A stretch of DNA of 64,000 nucleotides, from contig NW_026781003.1 of assembly GCF_030144855.1 (NCBI RefSeq), positions 496,001 to 560,000 of the forward strand, given 5' to 3'. Shown here piece by piece: positions 57,001 through 64,000 of this stretch; position 1 is the first letter of the stretch; each line of letters starts with the position of its first letter. Under the pieces are notes generated by a model. It searched no databases. It had not been told where the DNA came from and worked only from the letters and a program-made list of their open reading frames with translations. Position numbers and translations under genes: made by a program. The stretch is from Hypanus sabinus (taxonomy: Eukaryota).

Positions 57001-60000
57001 ATAACAGTACCCCGGGAGTGGGTTACAGACTGGGATCTAATCCAGGGGTTCGGGGGGTTTATATACAGAATAACAGTACCCCGGGAGTGGGTTACAGACT
57101 GGGATCTAATCCAGGGTTACGGAGTGTTTATATATAGAATAACAGATCCCCGGGAGTGGGTTACAGACTGGGATCTAATCCAGCGGTTCGGGGGTTTATA
57201 TACAGAATAACAGATCCCCGGGAGTGCGTTACAGACTGGTATCTAATCCAGGGGTTCGGGGGGTTTATATATAGAATACCAGATCCCCGGGAGTGGGTTC
57301 CAGACTGGGATCTAATCCAGGGGTTCGGGGGTTTATTTATAGAATGACAGATCCCCAGGAGTGGGTTACAGACTGGGATCTAATCCAGGGTTTCAGGGAG
57401 TTTATTTACAGAATACCAGATCCCCGGGAGTGGGTATAGACTGGGATCTAATCCAGGGGTTCAGGGGTTTTTTATACAGAATAACAGATCCCCGGGAGTG
57501 GGTTACAGACTGGGATCTAATCCAGGGGTTCGGTGGGATTATATATAGAATAACAGATCCCCGGGAGTGGGTTACAGACTGGGATCTAATCTAGGGGTTC
57601 GAGGGGTTTATATACAGAATAACAGATCCCGGGAGTGGGTTACAGACTGGGATCTAATCCAGGGGTTTGGTGGGTTTAAATAGAGAATAACAGATCCCCA
57701 GGAGTGGGTACAGACTGGGATCTAATCCAGGGGTTTGGTGGGTTTATATATAGAATAACAGATCCCCGGGAGTGGGTTACAGACTGGGATCTAGTCCAGG
57801 GGTTCGGGGGGGGGGTATATACAGAATAACAGATCCCCAGGAGTGGGTTACAGACTGGGATCTAATCTAAGGGTTTGGGGGGTTTATATATAGAATAACA
57901 GATCCCGGGAGTGGGTTACAGACTGGGATCTAATCCAGGGGTTCGGGGGGTTTATATACAGAATAACAGATCCCGGGAGTGGGTTACAGACTGGGATCTA
58001 ATCCAGGGGTTTCGGGGGGTTATATATAGAATAACAGATCCCCGGGAGTGGGTTACAGACTGGGATCTAATCCAGGGGTTCGGGGGAGTTTATATACAGA
58101 ATAACAGATCCCCAGGAGTGGGTTACAGACTGGGATCTAATCTAGGGGTTCGGGGGGGTTATATACAGAATAACAGATCCCTAGGAGTGGGTTACAGACT
58201 GGGATCTAATCCAGGGGTTCGGTGGGTTTATATACAGAATATCAGATCCCCGGGAGTGGATTACAGACTGGGATTTAATCCAGGGGTGCGGGGGGGGGGG
58301 TTATATATAGAATAACAGATCCCTGGGAGTGGGTACAGACTGGGATCTAATCCAGGGGCTCGGTGTGTTTATATATAGAATACCAGATCCCCGGGAGTGG
58401 GTTACAGACTGGGATCTAATCCAGGGGTTCAGGCGGTAGGGGTTTATATACAGAATAACAGATTCCCGGGAGTGGGGTACAGACTGGGATCTAATCCAGG
58501 GGTTCGGAGGGTTTACATATAGGGAGTGGGTTACAGACTGGGATCTAAACCATGGGTTCGGGGGGATTATATATAGAATAACAGATCCCCAGGAGTGGGT
58601 TACAGACTGGGATCTGATCCAGGGGTTCGGGGGGTTTATATATAGAATAACAGATCCCCGGGAGTGGGTTACAGACTGGGATCTAATCCAGGGGTTCGGG
58701 GAGTTTATATATAGAATACCAGATCCCCGGGAGTGGGTTACAGACTGGGATCTAATCCAGGGGTTCGTGGGGTTATATATAGAATAACAGATCCCCGGGA
58801 GTGGGGACAGACTGGGATCTAATCCAGGGGTTCGGGGGTTTATATACAGAATAACAGATCCCCGGGAGTGGGTTACAGACTGGGATTTAATCCAGGGGTT
58901 CAGGGACGTATATATACAGAATAACAGATCCCCAGGAGTGGGTTACATGCTGGGATCTAGTCCAGGGGTTCTGGGGATGTGGTGTTTATATATAGAATAA
59001 CAGATCCCCGGGAGTGGGTTACAGACCGGGATCTAATCCAGGGGTTCGGGGGGTTTATATACAGAATAACAGATCCCGGGAGTGGGTTACAGACTGGGAT
59101 CTAATCCAGGGGTTCGGGGGGGGTTATATATAGAATAACAGATCCCCGGGAGTGGGTTACAGACTGGGATCTAATCCAGGGGTTCGGGGGGGTTTATATA
59201 TAGAATGACAGATCCCTGGGAATGTGTACAGACTGGGATCTAATCCAGGGGCTCGGTGGTTTTATATATAGAATAACAGATCCCCGGGAGTGGGTACAGA
59301 CTGGGATCTAATCCAGGGGTTTGGTGGGTTTAAATAGAGAATAACAGATCCCCAGGAGTGGCTTACAGACTGGGATCTAATCTAGGGGTTCGAGGGGTTT
59401 ATATATAGAATATCAGATCCCCGGGAGTGGGTTACAGACTGGGATCTAATCTAGGGGTTCGGGGGGTTTATATACAGAATAACAGATCCCGGGAGTGGGT
59501 TACAGACTGGGATCTAATCCAGGGGTTCGGGGGGGTTATATACAGAATAACAGATCCCCAGGAGTGGGTTACAGACTGGGATCTAATCTAGGGGTTCGGA
59601 GGGTTTATATACAGAATAACAGATCCCCAGGAGTGGGTTACAGACTGGGATGTAATCCAGCGGTTCGGGGGGTTTATATATAGAATAACAGATTCCCGGG
59701 AGTGGGTTACAGACTGGGATCTAATCCAGGGGTTCTGAGGGTTTATATATAGAATAACAGATCCCTGGGAGTGGGTACAGACTGGGATCTAATCCAGGGG
59801 TTCGGGGGGTATTTATATACAGAATAACAGATCCCCGGGAGCAGCTTACAGACTGGGATCTAATCCAGGAGTCCGGGGGGGTTATATATAGAATAGCAGA
59901 TCCCTGGGAGTGGGTTACAGACTGGGATCTAATCCAGGGGTTCGAAGGGTTTATATATAGAATGACAGATCCCCGGGAGCAGCTTACAGACTGGGATCTA

Positions 60001-63000
60001 ATCCAGGGGTTCGGGGGGGTTTATATATAGAATAGCAGATCCCTGGGAGTGGGTTTCAGACTGGGATCTAATCCAGGGGTTCGGGGGGGGGTTTATATAT
60101 AGAATAGCAGATCCCCGGGAGTGGGTTACAGACTGGGATCTAATCTAGGTGTTCGGGGGGTTTATATACAGAATAACAGATCCCCAGGAGTGGGTTACAG
60201 ACTGGGATGTAATCCAGCGGTTCGGGGGGTTTATATATAGAATAACAGATTCCCGGGAGTGGGTTACAGACTGGGATCTAATCCAGGGGTTCTGAGGGTT
60301 TATATATAGAATAACAGATCCCTGGGAGTGGGTACAGACTGGGATCTAATCCAGGGGTTCGGGGGGTGTTTATATACAGAATAACAGATCCCCAGGAGTG
60401 GGTTACAGACTGGGATCTAATCTAGGTGTTCGGGGGGTTTACATATAGAATAACAGATCCCCGGGAGTGGGTTACAGACTGGGATCTAATCTAGGGGTTC
60501 GAGGGGTTTATATACAGAATAACAGATCCCGGGAGTGGGTTACAGACTGGGATCTAATCCAGGGGTTCGGGGGGGTTTATATACAGAATAACAGATCCCC
60601 GGGAGTGGGTTACAGACTGAGATCAAATCCAGGGGTTCGGGGGGGGGGTTATATATAGAATAAAAGATCCCCGGGAGTGGGTTACAGACTGGGATCGAAT
60701 CCAGGGGTTCAGGGGGATTATATATAGAATAACAGATCCCTGGGAGTGGGTCCAGACTGGGATCTAATCCAGGGGTTCGGTGGGGTTTATATACAGAATA
60801 ACAGATCCCCAGGAGTGGGTTACAGACTGAGATCTAATCCAGGGGTTCGCGGGTTTATATATAGAATGACAGATCCCCGGGAGCAGCTTACAGACTGGGA
60901 TCTAATCCAGGGGTTCGGGGGGGTTTATATATAGAATTGCAGATCCCTGGGAGTGGGTTTCAGACTGGGATCTAATCCAGGGGTTCGGGGGGGGGGTTTA
61001 TGTATAGAATAGCAGATCCCCGGGAGTGGGTTACAGACTGGGATCTAATCCAGGGGTTCGGATGGATTATATACAGAATAATAGATTCCCGGGAGTGGAT
61101 TACAGACTGGGATCAAATCCAGGGGTTCGGGGGGTTTATATACAGAATAACAGATCCCCGGGAGTGCGTTACAGACTGGGATCTAATCCAGGGGTTCAGG
61201 GGGTTTATATATAGAATAACAGATCCCCGGGAGTGGGTCACAGATTGGGATCTAATCAAGGGGTTGGGGGGGGGGGTTATATATAGAATAACAGATCCCC
61301 GGGAGTGGGTTACAGACTGGGATCTAATCCAGGGGTTCGGTGGGTTTATATGTAGAATAACAGATCCCCGAGAGTGGGTTACAAACTGGGAGCTAATCTG
61401 GGGGTTCGGGGGGGTTTATATACAGAACAACAGATCCCCGGAAGCGGGTTACAGACTGGGATCTAATCCAGGGGTTCGGTGGGTTTAAATATAGAATAAC
61501 AGATCCCCGGGAGTGGGTTACAGACTGGGATCTAATCCAGGGGTGCGGGGGGGGTTTATATATAGAATAACAGATCCCTGGGAATGTGTACAGACTGGGA
61601 TCTAATCCAGGGGCTCGGTGGGTTTATATATAGAATAACAGATCCCCGGGAGTGGGTACAGACTGGGATCTAATCCAGGGGTTTGGTGGGTTTAAATAGA
61701 GAATAACAGATCCCCAGGAGTGGCTTACAGACTGGGATCTAATCTAGGGGTTCGAGGGGTTTATATATAGAATAACAGATCCCCGGGAGTGGGTTACAGA
61801 CTGGGATCTAATCTAGGGGTTCGGGGGGTTTATATACAGAATAACAGATCCCGGGAGTGGGTTACAGACTGGGATCTAATCCAGGGGTTCGTGGGGGTTA
61901 TATACAGAATAACAGATCCCCAGGAGTGGGTTACAGACTGGGATCTAATCTAGGGGTTCGGGGGGTTTATATACAGAATAACAGATCCCCAGGAGTGGGT
62001 TACAGACTGGGATGTAATCCAGCGGTTCGGGGGGTTTATATATAGAATAACAGATTCCCGGGAGTGGGTTACAGACTGAGATCTAATCCAGGGGTTCTGA
62101 GGGTTTATATATAGAATAACAGATCCCTGGGAGTGGGTACAGACTGGGATCTAATCCAGGGGTTCGGGGGGTGTTTATATACAGAATAACAGATCCCCAG
62201 GAGTGGGTTACAGACTGGGATCTAATCTAGGGGTTCGGGGGGTTTACATATAGAATAACAGATCCCCGGGAGTGGGTTACAGACTGGGATCTAATCTAGG
62301 GGTTCGAGGGGTTTATATACAGAATAACAGATCCCGGGAGTGGGTTACAGACTGGGATCTAATCCAGGGGTTCGGGGGGGTTTATATACAGAATAACAGA
62401 TCCCCGGGAGTGGGTTACAGACTGAGATCAAATCCAGGGGTTCGGGGGGGGGTTATATATAGAATAAAAGATCCCCGGGAGTGGGTTACAGACTGGGATC
62501 GAATCCAAGGGTTCAGGGGGTTTATATATAGAATAACAGATCCCTGGGAGTGGGTCCAGACTGGGATCTAATCCAGGGGTTCGGTGGGGTTTATATACAG
62601 AATAACAGATCCCCAGGAGTGGGTTACAGACTGAGATCTAATCCAGGGGTTCGCGGGTTTATATATAGAATGACAGATCCCCGGGAGCAGCTTACAGACT
62701 GGGATCTAATCCAGGGGTCCGGGGGGGTTATATATAGAATAGCAGATCCCTGGGAGTGGGTTACAGACTGGGATCTAATCCAGGGGTTCGAAGGGTTTAT
62801 ATATAGAATGACAGATCCCCGGGAGCAGCTTACAGACTGGGATCTAATCCAGGGGTTCGGGGGGGTTTATATATAGAATAGCAGATCCCTGGGAGTGGGT
62901 TTCAGACTGGGATCTAATCCAGGGGTTCAGGGGGTTTATATATAGAATAACAGATCCCCGGGAGTGGGTCACAGATTGGGATCTAATCCAGGGGTTGGGG

Positions 63001-64000
63001 GGGGTTATATATAGAATAACAGATCCCCGGGAGTGGGTTACAGACTGGGATCTAATCCAGGGGTGCGGGGGGGGGGTTTATATATAGAATAACAGATCCC
63101 TGGGAATGTGTACAGACTGGGATCTAATCCAGGGGCTCGGTGGGTTTATATATAGAATAACAGATCCCCGGGAGTGGGTACAGACTGGGATCTAATCCAG
63201 GGGTTTGGTGGGTTTAAATAGAGAATAACAGATCCCCAGGAGTGGCTTACAGACTGGGATCTAATCTAGGGGTTCGAGGGGTTTATATATAGAATAACAG
63301 ATCCCCGGGAGTGGGTTACAGACTGGGATCTAATCTAGGGGTTCGGGGGGTTTATATACAGAATAACAGATCCCGGGAGTGGGTTACAGACTGGGATCTA
63401 ATCCAGGGGTTCGGGGGGGTTTATATACAGAATAACAGATCCCCGGGAGTGGGTTACAGACAGGGATCTAATCTAGGGGTTCGGGGGGTTTATATACAGA
63501 ATAACAGATCCCGGGAGTGGGTTACAGACTGGGATCTAATCTAGGGGTTCGGGGGGGTTATATACAAAATAACAGATCCTCAGGAGTGGGTTACAGACTG
63601 GGATCTAATCTAGGGGTTCGGGGGGTTTATATACAGAATAACAGATCCCCAGGAGTGGGTTACAGACTGGGATCTAATCCAGCGGTTAGGGGGTTTATAT
63701 ATAGAATAACAGATCCCCAGGAGTGGGTTACAGACTGGGATCTAATCCAGGGGATCGGTGGGTAGGGGGGGTTATATATAGAATAACAGATCCCCGGGGG
63801 TGGGTACAGACTGGGATCCAATCCAGGGGTTCGGGGGTTTATATATAGAATGACAGATCCCCGGGAGCAGCTTACAGACTGGGATCTAATCCAGGGGTTC
63901 GGGGGGGTTTATATATAGAATAGCAGATCCCTGGGAGTGGGTTACAGACTGGGATCTAATCCAGGGGTTCGGATGGATTATATACAGAATAATAGATTCC
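18041..64000 (+). repeat. 69-bp G-rich satellite array, about 670 copies, running off the window end
   Basis: Consensus agaataacagatccccgggagtgggttacagactgggatctaatccaggggttcggggggtttatatat, which gives a 23-aa period in the ORF track. Unit length varies through G-run slippage. I saw no orientation change or inserted element. Confidence 0.98.

Noticed and set aside
19266-63765. Numerous ORFs repeating FIYRITDPREWVTDWDLIQGFGG or MGYRLGSNPGVRGVYIQNN
   Set aside because: These are satellite translations (69 bp = 23 codons), broken by frequent frameshifts.
18041-64000. CRISPR-like or telomeric interpretation of the arrays
   Set aside because: There are no unique spacers and no cas genes, and the context is eukaryotic. 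GGGTTA occurs about once per unit but never as tandem TTAGGG.

Overview
Eukaryotic (vertebrate) genomic DNA, probably from a cartilaginous fish. That assignment is an inference from the CR1 and Rex/Babar LINE content and an AID protein without the teleost insertion. The only gene I can support is AICDA (activation-induced cytidine deaminase) on the + strand. Three coding exons are present: 3845-4263, 9220-9335 and 17480-17533. All have GT/AG junctions in the same phases as human AICDA. They encode residues 3-198 with an intact H56-x-E58...PC87xxC90 zinc site. The tiny first coding exon is not identifiable and probably lies upstream of the window. The 419-bp exon corresponds to human exons 2+3 with no intron between them, and about 98% of its codons end in G/C. 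The 3' UTR has a perfect miR-155 8-mer site overlapping the first of two AATAAA signals. Almost everything else is repeat: a 70-bp array made from a Rex/Babar LINE 3' end that flips orientation at about 2840; a G-rich 52-bp array filling 99% of one intron; a 42-bp array made from a CR1 ORF2 segment and still attached to its parent fragment; direct and inverted CR1 fragments; a pyrimidine-rich array with about 50 CACGTG motifs; and a 46-kb G-rich 69-bp satellite with higher-order block duplications that starts about 75 bp after the likely transcript end. The long ORFs in the supplied track are translations of these repeats. I found no new protein-coding system. The best candidates for undescribed biology are hypotheses about the repeat architecture and regulation of this AID locus.
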